Assembly: GCA_965222075.1 (NCBI GenBank)
Contig: OZ244937.1
Span: forward strand, 1,408,001 to 1,472,000
Length of the DNA: 64,000 bases
DNA from: Candidatus Latescibacterota bacterium
GTDB taxonomy: Bacteria > Latescibacterota > UBA2968 > GCA-2709665
Reading direction: 5' to 3'
Shown here piece by piece: positions 20,837-29,391 of this stretch. The position numbers and the translations under genes were made by a program. How positions within the stretch are numbered: position 1 is the first letter of the stretch; every line of letters begins with the position of its first letter. Under the pieces are notes generated by a model that saw only the letters and a program-made list of their open reading frames with translations, searched no databases and had not been told where the DNA came from.

Positions 20837-21070
20837 ATGCCCGACACCCGCCTGATCGAACGATGGCTGCCGATTGCCGAACTTGGCATCGAAAACACGC
20901 GTGAGCGGTGCCACCTACTTGTCGGCCAAGGCGGGGGTCAAGGCTTAAAATGGTGTGGCTATACCCTCACGGAAGATCTGGCGCTGACCCTAGGGTTGCT
21001 GTTCCGCGCGCTTGCTCCGATGCGCAGCCGCCACAATATGCGGGCGGTGGCCGAGGGCATCGAGGCCATG
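20837..21070 (+). pseudogene. Hybrid scar 1: methyltransferase 5' fragment + DUF499 stop region + internally deleted small-gene fragment
   Basis: 20837-20908 MPDTRLIERWLPIAELGIENTRER; 20909-20953 matches ~17027-17068; 20957-21070 matches ~17326-17439. Confidence 0.9.
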
Positions 21071-21099
21071 CGCCGACGGCTTCGGAGAGGACGGATAAC

Positions 21100-21792
21100 A
21101 TGAGGATCGAGCCGGAGATCAGCGGCGTGAATGTCGTTTTGCTTGGGGATTTCAACCCTGCGATCTTCACACCTGCCTGGTTTGCGCTGCACGGCCTCCT
21201 GTCGGAGAGTGTCACAGACAGCGCAGATTTGCAGGTCGCCCACCAGCAGGTGACAGACTTTGTCGCTGACTGGCTTAGCCTGCAGGTCACGACCGAACGT
21301 TTTTCCGTCGGAACCTTGCAGGCGCCCTATATTCGCCTGCGCGATCTCGTCGCACGGATATTCAAAGAGCACCTGCATCATACGCCCCTCAGAGCGTTCG
21401 GCATCAACCGTTTCGTTCATTTTCAGGTGCAGAGTTTGAATGAGCGGGATCGAATCGGTAGAACACTGGCGCCGGTGGAACCGTGGGGAGCCTGGGGGCA
21501 CGACCTTGGGGTGAATGGCGAGCATGGCGGCATGACATCGCTGACGATGTCGCAAGTCGCCCCCCAGGGAAGGCCAACGGGTGGTCAGATCAACGTCACG
21601 GTGGAGCCGTCCAAACAGATTGGCAAGGGGCGAACTGGAGTTTACGTTCGGGTCAACGATCACTATGCCATCGACAATGCCGAGTTGGGAACTGCCGGAC
21701 GCTTAATGCAACTTTTCGAGGACAACTTCGATACGTCACTCAAACGTAGCGACGGTATCGTTGATCACATCATGTCCTTGGCAAAGACATAA
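21100..21792 (+). CDS. Hypothetical protein (possibly TIGR04255-like), gene 1 of MBL cassette
   Basis: RBS-like GAGAGGA; VVLLGDFNPAIFTPAW, AFGINR and VNDHY motifs. Confidence 0.65.
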   Translation: MRIEPEISGVNVVLLGDFNPAIFTPAWFALHGLLSESVTDSADLQVAHQQVTDFVADWLSLQVTTERFSVGTLQAPYIRLRDLVARIFKEHLHHTPLRAFGINRFVHFQVQSLNERDRIGRTLAPVEPWGAWGHDLGVNGEHGGMTSLTMSQVAPQGRPTGGQINVTVEPSKQIGKGRTGVYVRVNDHYAIDNAELGTAGRLMQLFEDNFDTSLKRSDGIVDHIMSLAKT

Positions 21793-21805
21793 GGAGGTTT
21801 AGTTC

Positions 21806-22411
21806 ATGTTGCAGGCGGCTCAATCCACAGCGGCGCAGCACGCCAATGCGCGTGAAAGGCTCAGTGATTTCGATGAAGATGACGCGCGGGAGTACCTCGT
21901 TCAGAATGCGGACCAACCTGTCCGCTTGTTGTTAGAGCAGGGAGTGGGCTCTCCGACAACAAGTGTACACGACCAGGATATGGAAGGGATGACTATGCCG
22001 GCGTTCGCAGGTCGTGAACAGGACGCCGACAATTTCTCGTGGATTGTGAACTTGCCGCAGCCGCGACCACACCGGTCGCCGCCAGTGACTTTCCACGCCT
22101 TACAAGAGTGGGAAGGCTATGTCACTGAGATAAACGACATGGAATTTACTGCAAGCCTGACCGACCTGACGGCTGGGGCGACCTTTGCGGGAGAAGAAGC
22201 GGATATCCCTATAGACGAAATATTAGAAGCTGATGCCGCTAAAATGCAGGTCGGGAGTATCTTCCGCTGGGTGATCGGCTACGAGCGCACGGCGGGATCG
22301 AAAAAGCGGGTCTCCCATATCGTGTTCCGCGACCTTCCCGCGATTACCAGGACCGACCTGCGGGATGGCGAGGAATGGGCGCATAAAATCATGGCGACTT
22401 TCGAGCAGTGA
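21806..22411 (+). CDS. Hypothetical protein with acidic N-terminus and small beta-rich C-terminal domain, gene 2 of MBL cassette
   Basis: AGGAGG RBS; QEWEGYV...FRWVIGY; stop overlaps the next start (GTGA). Confidence 0.7.
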   Translation: MLQAAQSTAAQHANARERLSDFDEDDAREYLVQNADQPVRLLLEQGVGSPTTSVHDQDMEGMTMPAFAGREQDADNFSWIVNLPQPRPHRSPPVTFHALQEWEGYVTEINDMEFTASLTDLTAGATFAGEEADIPIDEILEADAAKMQVGSIFRWVIGYERTAGSKKRVSHIVFRDLPAITRTDLRDGEEWAHKIMATFEQ

Positions 22412-23502
22412 CAGAAACCAGAAAAGCGGGCAACCCGCCAGGCGAGGATGAGTTTGAGGTCGTGTTGCTTGGCCCTGGCTACGGCGAGAGCATCGTCCTG
22501 CATGTAGGCTGCGGCGGCTGGGTAATCGTTGATTCCTGCATCAACGTCGAAGGGAAACCACGTGCCCTGGAGTATCTCGAAAGCATCGGCGTCAACCCGG
22601 CGGAAGCCGTTGATCTGGTTGTGGCGACTCACTGGCACGACGACCATATACGCGGGATAGCAAAGCTGGTCGAAGCCTGCAGAAAGGCCGATTTCTGTTG
22701 TGCCAATGCGCTTCTCAACAAAGAGTTTCTCGCTGCCGTTGATGCTTTGGAGGGTCGCCACCTTTCCGCGGACGGTTCAGGAGTTCGTGAGATTTACCGC
22801 GTATTCACCTGGCTTGAGTCCGCGGCGTCACGTCCCACGTTCGCTCTATCCAACCGACGCGTCCATGCCCGAGGCAAGTGTGAAATCTGGTCATTGTCGC
22901 CCGATGACACCGCCTTTAAGAACTTCCTGAAATCTGTTGGCAATCTGTTCCCCGGCGAAGGCCGGACAAAGACTCGGCTTCCACCCGTTGCTCCCAACGA
23001 TATTGCGGTCGCGCTGTGGGTCGGCGTTGATGATATTGTGGTACTGCTTGGTTCGGATCTGGAAAAGCGTAGTTGGGTAGAGATTCTACAGAGTGAGGAG
23101 CGGCCGACCAGCAAGGCGTCGGTGTTTAAGGTTCCGCACCACGGAGCGGAAAGCGCCCATGAACCGGAGGTATGGAAGCGGATGCTCGCGCCCGATCCGT
23201 TCGCGGTACTCACGCCCTGGCGCAGAGGCGGCCGTGCGTTGCCGAGCCAAGACGATGTACAGCGCATTCTCTCGCACACCAAAAACGCCTACGCCACCGC
23301 GAAAGCTGGTCCGGCTGCTCAATCCCCGAGATACGCTAACCGAACAGTTGCCCGAACCATTCGCAGTACCGGCATCGAACTTCGGCGGCTCGCGATGTCG
23401 CCCGGCGCGATTCGACTACGGTGCCTGATCGGTTCTCGGGCACCCTGGAAGGTCGAGACCTTCGGAACCGCCTGCCATCTCAAGGACCTCGCCGGGTTAT
23501 AG
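22408..23502 (+). CDS. ComEC/Rec2-like metallo-beta-lactamase-fold hydrolase (putative nuclease)
   Basis: GYGES, VDS, THWHDDH, LLGSDLE, KVPHHG. Confidence 0.85.
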   Translation: MTETRKAGNPPGEDEFEVVLLGPGYGESIVLHVGCGGWVIVDSCINVEGKPRALEYLESIGVNPAEAVDLVVATHWHDDHIRGIAKLVEACRKADFCCANALLNKEFLAAVDALEGRHLSADGSGVREIYRVFTWLESAASRPTFALSNRRVHARGKCEIWSLSPDDTAFKNFLKSVGNLFPGEGRTKTRLPPVAPNDIAVALWVGVDDIVVLLGSDLEKRSWVEILQSEERPTSKASVFKVPHHGAESAHEPEVWKRMLAPDPFAVLTPWRRGGRALPSQDDVQRILSHTKNAYATAKAGPAAQSPRYANRTVARTIRSTGIELRRLAMSPGAIRLRCLIGSRAPWKVETFGTACHLKDLAGL

Positions 23503-23524
23503 ACCATTTGCTCATGGTGTGAAC

Positions 23525-23721
23525 GTGGATTTGAACCGATGTCCGACACCCGCCTGATCGAACGCTGGCTGCCGATCGCCGAGCTTGGCATCGAAAGTAC
23601 GCGCGAGCGGACGCCCAGCCGGTGAAGGGATTTTTGGAACCCCAGCTTCGGGACGCAAGTTCCAAGAACCTCGAGACGGGTTTCCAGTTGACCTTCGCCG
23701 AGGGGCTTTCCATGCAGGGCG
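23525..23721 (+). pseudogene. Hybrid scar 2: methyltransferase 5' fragment fused to a DUF499 3' fragment
   Basis: 23525-23541 identical to 29378-29394; MSDTRLIERWLPIAELGIESTRERTP, then 23608-23721 matches 16864-16977. Confidence 0.9.
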
Positions 23722-23938
23722 GCGCTACTCGCCCAGAGCGGCCTCACGGGTCCTCTTGAGATTGCCAATTCCCCAATAATATTGTTTGCAACAAGTTCGT
23801 TGGAAAGGGCACGATTATGGGGATAGAAAGCAGGGGCGAGCTGGGTCAAGCGGATCGGTTCTTCGGCTCAGGGAAGCGCGAAGCCGTGGCATCGAGTAGG
23901 GAGAAGGTGGTGAACCCCGCAACCCCACAGCCGTGCAG

Positions 23939-23978
23939 CCGGACCGGAAGGATGTGCGACCCACGGCTGATCGAGCGG
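23939..23978 (+). pseudogene. Degenerate extra methyltransferase 5' fragment
   Basis: ccggaccggaaggATGtgcgacccacggctgatcgagcgg (MCDPRLIER) resembles 26958-26997 including the upstream bases. Confidence 0.6.
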
Positions 23979-24323
23979 CGACCTACAGATAGCCTACAGA
24001 TCCTAACCGAAGCCCGGATCCACCAGAAGTATCGACACTTGGCCGGACGGATTTTTGGATCAGTTCGATGTCTCCTCAGTGCGGCGTTCTCTGTGCGCGT
24101 GAATGGCAGTTATCTTACTCATTAACCTCAATACGACAATAATTCAGCGGCAAAGTCGTTCGCGGATCAGAAATACAGCCTTAGGGGCCATTCGAACGCT
24201 CATTTTTACAGGTCGCACTTGGCGGCTTTGAGATTTCCTGATATGGGACCCCAAGCGCGCGATATTCATCGAACCAAATCCGAGTTCGGGTAGCCAAAAT
24301 ATGTCGGATCAAGGTTAATCGCT

Positions 24324-26978
24324 ATGTCTGATTATGATTTCGCGCAGTATCTTAAGATTCTTAATTCAACGAAGTTTCAGCATCTCTGGCCGGCGCAGAA
24401 GCACATCCTGGACGCCTATGACACTGACTTTCTGGACGTCAGGGACGTCGGTATTGAGCTTCCAACCGGGGCCGGAAAAACACTGATTGCGTTGCTCATT
24501 GGAAGCAAGTGGCTTGATTACGGGAAGAAGGTTGTCATTTTGTCGGCGAACAAGACCCTTGCTCGCCAGATGCGTGATGAGGCCACAGTACTTGGGCTAC
24601 CGGTAGCGTACATGGAAGGACGCGGCGAAGATATTCCGGCTGCAAGTCGTCGCTCTTACCAGCGCGCAAAGAAAATCGGGATCATGAATTATTGGGTTTA
24701 TTTCAACCAAAACCCAGTGGTCGACCCTTCAGATCTTGTAGTGATGGACGACGCGCACTTGGCGGAGCATTGCCTGGATTCGCTTTATTCCATCATCATC
24801 AGCCGGAAAGACCATAAATATCTCTTCGAGCAGCTCATACGTGAGCTTCACGATCGCTTCCCCGACTATGCTATCTTGGCAGACGCGGCTACGGCTAATG
24901 CACCACCGAACACTTCGACAGAGCTTCTGTCGTTCATCGATCACGCTGAGATCGTCGAGCGCCTCAAAGAAAATATCGACGCATCTCCGTTAATGACTTC
25001 GGATAGCGACCTGTGTTTTCGCTGGCACCGTCTCCGGGCACAAATTCATCTTACGAATTTCTATATTGGCCGCGATGCACTCTGGTTGCGTCCATACATC
25101 TATCCGCTCATTAGCAACGAACAATACCGACACACCAAACAGGTGCTCTATATGAGCGCCACAATTGGAGATCCAGGGGACTTGGCACGTCGTTTGGGAA
25201 CTCGACCAATCCGAAAGATCCAGGTTCCGGCGCAGTTCGCGGACCGCAGTTCCGGTAGACGTCTTATCGTGATGAACAGGACGAATGACGACTCGGACAT
25301 TCCGCGTCGGATGGCCCTTGCGCTCCACAATGCCATAAGTACGCATCCCAAAAGCGTTTGGCTTTGCGCGAGTGAACACGAGGCAATCCAACTCTGCGAA
25401 GTAGTTGCGGGGTGGCTTGAAACAAACAACCATGTCGGCCACCCAACATGGATTCTGACGCCCCTCGGAGATGAGATTGATCAATTCCGTCGGGCACCCT
25501 CAGGCCATCTTTTCGTGGCCGGACGCTTTGATGGAATGGATTTCAGTGGCGATGAGTGTCGGATCGTTGTTCTGAGCACGATGCCGAGGGCCATTAACCT
25601 CCAGGAGGAATTCATTTCGAGCTATCTGCGCGACAGCGGTTTCATGCGCAGGCGACTGAACCAACGGGTCGTTCAAGGTCTTGGGAGATGCACGAGGACT
25701 GACGATGATTTCGGAGTCTACTTCTTGGCCGATCAGCGATTTGCTACACACTTCTCTCGCGAATCCAACCGGGAGGGGATTCCGCAACACATGGCAGCAG
25801 AGCTAGATCTCGCCCAAGATCTAGCTGAGCGAGAAGAAAATGACCTTGCGAAGTACGTTACGCAGTTTCTGCATGGCGATTTCACCACCTACGATGTTGA
25901 CCTCGCGAAACTCAACGAAGATACTCCACCGCCGATAAGCGGTAATTTGGTAGGCGCCGACACGTCCAAGGACGAAGTAGTCGGTTGGTCCGCATTGTTT
26001 GAGAGCGAAAATTTCGCGGTTGCGCAGCAACGTTTTGAGCGATGCTGGGACACCGCCAAAGAAGACAACAATCTCCGAGAAATTACGGCTCTACATGGAT
26101 GGCATCGAGCTAAGGCGCTGTATCTTGAAGGTCTTCGCGGAAACCAGGTTTCTGTGGACAGAGCGCTTCACGTGCTGGAAGAGTCGATTGAACGCGGAGG
26201 ACTAAGCTCCTGGTTCAACCGGATGCGAGGCTCGCTCAATCGTGCTCGCAACCACAGTATAGCCACCGAAAGCATTGTCCAGCAGGAATATGGGGAATCA
26301 ATTATCCATGGTTTTGACGAACGTCTCGAGCGCCTCGGGACAACAGGACCCAAGTTTCAAGAATTCGTGAATCACCTCAGAGCAAGGCTGGAATCGGGAA
26401 CTCACGCAGAATATCAGGAAGCCTTGGAGGACCTCGGAACTCTACTCTGTTACCGGGCACGACGGCCCAAATTCGGCGCATCACCCGATTGTGTGTGGCG
26501 CGGCGAGTTCGGCAACTCTCGGGAAATTTTTACTTTCGAGGTGAAGGTTGAACAGGAGCCTTCACATCCAATCACCACCACCCACCTAGGTCAGGCTCAC
26601 ACACAGCACAGCTGGGCCAAACAGAAATATGGTATGCAGGGCTATTCAGTTCGGGCCCTAATAGTCACCCATCTTGACCAATTGGCTCCCGATGCTCAAT
26701 CATCTGTGGAGCCGATCAAACTTCTTCATAAGGACGTCGTCCTGGCGCTTTGGACCCGTGTTTGTGACATCATGACCACGTATCGCTCTCTCTGGAATAT
26801 CGATGACATTCAGGCGAAGAGAACAGCAGCAACGGCTATCAGACCGCGACTTCCCAAGACTGGCTGGTTTCTCCGGGCGTTGGATCGTGCGGCCCCATGG
26901 CTTTCTGAGGCTGATGTGCTGAAGGAATGGGACGTGGCAAGACCTGCGCCCGTGTACCCGGATCGGAAAGATGTCTGA
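24324..26978 (+). CDS. SF2 (DinG/Rad3-type) helicase with C-terminal PD-(D/E)xK-like nuclease; Hna-like
   Basis: LPTGAGKT, DDAH, MSAT, FDGMDF, QGLGRCTR; C-terminal PD...FEVK. Confidence 0.8.
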   Translation: MSDYDFAQYLKILNSTKFQHLWPAQKHILDAYDTDFLDVRDVGIELPTGAGKTLIALLIGSKWLDYGKKVVILSANKTLARQMRDEATVLGLPVAYMEGRGEDIPAASRRSYQRAKKIGIMNYWVYFNQNPVVDPSDLVVMDDAHLAEHCLDSLYSIIISRKDHKYLFEQLIRELHDRFPDYAILADAATANAPPNTSTELLSFIDHAEIVERLKENIDASPLMTSDSDLCFRWHRLRAQIHLTNFYIGRDALWLRPYIYPLISNEQYRHTKQVLYMSATIGDPGDLARRLGTRPIRKIQVPAQFADRSSGRRLIVMNRTNDDSDIPRRMALALHNAISTHPKSVWLCASEHEAIQLCEVVAGWLETNNHVGHPTWILTPLGDEIDQFRRAPSGHLFVAGRFDGMDFSGDECRIVVLSTMPRAINLQEEFISSYLRDSGFMRRRLNQRVVQGLGRCTRTDDDFGVYFLADQRFATHFSRESNREGIPQHMAAELDLAQDLAEREENDLAKYVTQFLHGDFTTYDVDLAKLNEDTPPPISGNLVGADTSKDEVVGWSALFESENFAVAQQRFERCWDTAKEDNNLREITALHGWHRAKALYLEGLRGNQVSVDRALHVLEESIERGGLSSWFNRMRGSLNRARNHSIATESIVQQEYGESIIHGFDERLERLGTTGPKFQEFVNHLRARLESGTHAEYQEALEDLGTLLCYRARRPKFGASPDCVWRGEFGNSREIFTFEVKVEQEPSHPITTTHLGQAHTQHSWAKQKYGMQGYSVRALIVTHLDQLAPDAQSSVEPIKLLHKDVVLALWTRVCDIMTTYRSLWNIDDIQAKRTAATAIRPRLPKTGWFLRALDRAAPWLSEADVLKEWDVARPAPVYPDRKDV

Positions 26979-27286
26979 CACCCGCCTGATCGAACGATGG
27001 CTGCCGATTGCAGCTCTTGGAGAAGAGAGTATTCGCGAGCGACGTTCCATGACGGCGTTGCCGCCCACCTATCATCTCCATGTCTGGTGGGCACGGCGTT
27101 TCTCGCCACCCTGCTGCCCGCGGAGGATGATCTGGAGAGGTGTCCGCAGATCCTTGGGATTCATGGAGATCCATTGGCAGCAATAGAATTGACCGAGCAA
27201 AAAGGGCGGGAGTCGCGGTGAATAATCCCTCTCGCTACACCCTCAGGGAAGATCTGGCGTTGACGCTGGGGCTGCGGTTCCTGCTG
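26971..27286 (+). pseudogene. Hybrid scar 3: decayed methyltransferase 5' ~240 bp + small-gene fragments
   Basis: MSDTRLIERWLPIAALGEESIRERRSMTALPPTYHLHVWWARR matches 29392 onward; 27234-27274 matches ~17327-17367, fused to a match of 17513-17526. Confidence 0.9.
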
Positions 27287-27315
27287 GCCGATTCGAGGCC
27301 GAGGGAGGCTCGCCC

Positions 27316-28635
27316 ATGAAACTAAAGTCTGTGGAAATCGAAAACTACCGGGCGATCGAGAAACTTGAGTTGGCACTCGATCCGTCGCTAACGGTTTTTC
27401 ATGGCGACAATTCGCACGGCAAGACCAGTGTTCTGAGCGCTATTGCCGTCGGTTTGGGGGCGGTTCCTTTCTTGCTGCCGGATGTGTCGGGGATTGGATT
27501 CCTCAAGAAGGACCGCCGCGAGGGTGGTGAATGCGTGCGGGTTTCGCTTACTACGACCAATGAAATTACATGGGAACGAACATCGAGCTATGTACGAAAA
27601 AGTAGGTGGACTCTAAGTGAGGATACAGCCCAAGAACGCCAAGAACGGCCCCGTCATACCTTAAGGGAGTTGAAGCAATGGCTGGAGAAGACTGCACTTG
27701 CTGCTTGGGGAACACCTATCGATCTACCGATAATGGCCTTCTATGACACGGAAAGGGTGGTACGGGGTCTCGCGAAACGACGCGGCCGCCCAAAGAGCGC
27801 GATTTCTCGGTATGCTGCGCTGGAAGGCGCACTGTCTGCACGGACTAGCTTTAGGGAGTTGTTTGAGTGGTTCTACATAAAGGAGAACGAAGAACTGAGG
27901 GAACAGCGAGAAAGGCGCGACCTTGACTTTCGCTTGAAAGAACTGACTGCGGTACGCGATGCGATTTCATCCATGATTGATTGCATTGCCGAACCTCACG
28001 TCGAGCTTCGTCCAATGCGCTTTGTGGTATCCGAGAGATTAGACGGGGAGGCCGCTGAAAAACGAACGCTTGACCAGTTGAGTGGCGGCTGTCAAGCCGT
28101 ACTTGCACTTGCCGCTGATTTGGCTTGGCGGATGGCCCAGGGAAACCCTCATCTCGACGACACGCTCTCCTCCGAAGCAATCGTCCTGATTGACGAGATC
28201 GAACTGCATTTACACCCCTCATGGCAGCAACGCATCCTGGGCGACCTGCGGCGGACATTCCCAAACGCGCAGTTTATCGTCTCTACTCACAGCCCGCAGG
28301 TGCTGACTACGGTCGAGCCGCAGCACATTGTGGAACTGTATCGGGATGGCGACCGCATTGTTGCCGGGGCACCAGGGGGGGCGACTTATGGGGCCGAGGC
28401 AGGAGACGTTCTTTCCGTGGTGATGGGTGTAGATGAGCGACCGCCCGAGAACCGCTTCACAAAAGCTTTGGACCAATACCGGCGGCTGATCAGGGAGGAG
28501 CGGTGGGAGTCCAAAGAAGCCTTGGCTCTGCGAGAGAGTCTGGAGAGCATGTCCCCCTACGATTCGGCCCTTGATCGCGCCGACCTTGAGATCAAGCGGC
28601 GCAAGCTATTCAAGCAGCGGGCCGAGTCACAATGA
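27316..28635 (+). CDS. ABC/AAA_21 ATPase, Septu PtuA-like
   Basis: GDNSHGKT, LSGG signature, LIDEIELHLHPSWQ, STHSP. Confidence 0.85.
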   Translation: MKLKSVEIENYRAIEKLELALDPSLTVFHGDNSHGKTSVLSAIAVGLGAVPFLLPDVSGIGFLKKDRREGGECVRVSLTTTNEITWERTSSYVRKSRWTLSEDTAQERQERPRHTLRELKQWLEKTALAAWGTPIDLPIMAFYDTERVVRGLAKRRGRPKSAISRYAALEGALSARTSFRELFEWFYIKENEELREQRERRDLDFRLKELTAVRDAISSMIDCIAEPHVELRPMRFVVSERLDGEAAEKRTLDQLSGGCQAVLALAADLAWRMAQGNPHLDDTLSSEAIVLIDEIELHLHPSWQQRILGDLRRTFPNAQFIVSTHSPQVLTTVEPQHIVELYRDGDRIVAGAPGGATYGAEAGDVLSVVMGVDERPPENRFTKALDQYRRLIREERWESKEALALRESLESMSPYDSALDRADLEIKRRKLFKQRAESQ

Positions 28636-29387
28636 AGATCATCCGCGAATTGAAAACGCCCACTTCCGGCCTTGCCGAATATCTCGATGCCGTGGACGAC
28701 GACGCGAATTGGGTCGAATTCCGCTCTCACGATTCGGGAGCGTCTTACCACGAACTCAGGGATGCCCTGACCCATAGCCAACACGGGCTTTGCGCGTACT
28801 GCGAGATGGTGATCGATGAGTGGCGTCGTCAGGTCGAGCATGTGATCCCGCAGAGCGATGACGGATTAGGTAAAGTGAAAGCCCTCGACATAGCCAACAT
28901 GGTCGCCTGCTGCAAGGGTGGAATCGTGCAGGATGGTGATGAGGATCATTATCGTAGGCCAGTGAGACACACCATGAGTTGTGGTCAGGCAAAGGGAAAT
29001 CAGATTGACGAAAATTTTATTGACCCCCGTACACTACCTGCGTTGCCATCGCTTGTGAGGGTGGTTGATAACGGGCTGATTGAAGCAGACGAAAATGCCT
29101 GCGAAAGGGCCTGTTTTCTTCCCGACCATGTAACCCGCACCATTGAGATTCTGAACCTCAACGCGGAACGGCTCCGGTTGCAGCGGGAGAAGCGGTGGAA
29201 TGGTCTTGAGGAAGAGTCCGGACAAATTGATGATCCGGACAATCCAGATATGATGAATACCTGGATACGCTCTGTGCTGACGCCGGATGAGAACGACCGG
29301 TTGGATCCCTTCTTCACCACTACCCGGTCGTACTTCGCCCCGTTGGGCGAAGGCATCCTGGCAGAAGAACCCCAAAAGTGGATTTGA
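28632..29387 (+). CDS. HNH endonuclease, Septu PtuB/TIGR02646-like
   Basis: QHGLCAYCE, VEHVIPQS, SCGQAKG, TIEILNLN; start overlaps the ATPase stop. Confidence 0.85.
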   Translation: MKIIRELKTPTSGLAEYLDAVDDDANWVEFRSHDSGASYHELRDALTHSQHGLCAYCEMVIDEWRRQVEHVIPQSDDGLGKVKALDIANMVACCKGGIVQDGDEDHYRRPVRHTMSCGQAKGNQIDENFIDPRTLPALPSLVRVVDNGLIEADENACERACFLPDHVTRTIEILNLNAERLRLQREKRWNGLEEESGQIDDPDNPDMMNTWIRSVLTPDENDRLDPFFTTTRSYFAPLGEGILAEEPQKWI

Positions 29388-29391
29388 ACCG

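Noticed and set aside
20837-21103. 88-aa ORF as a real gene (also 26971..27186)
   Set aside because: Chimera of methylase and small-gene fragments; treated as scars, though translation cannot be excluded
26979-27315. Retron msr-msd upstream of the PtuAB-like pair
   Set aside because: Sequence is explained by scar 3; no reverse transcriptase in the window
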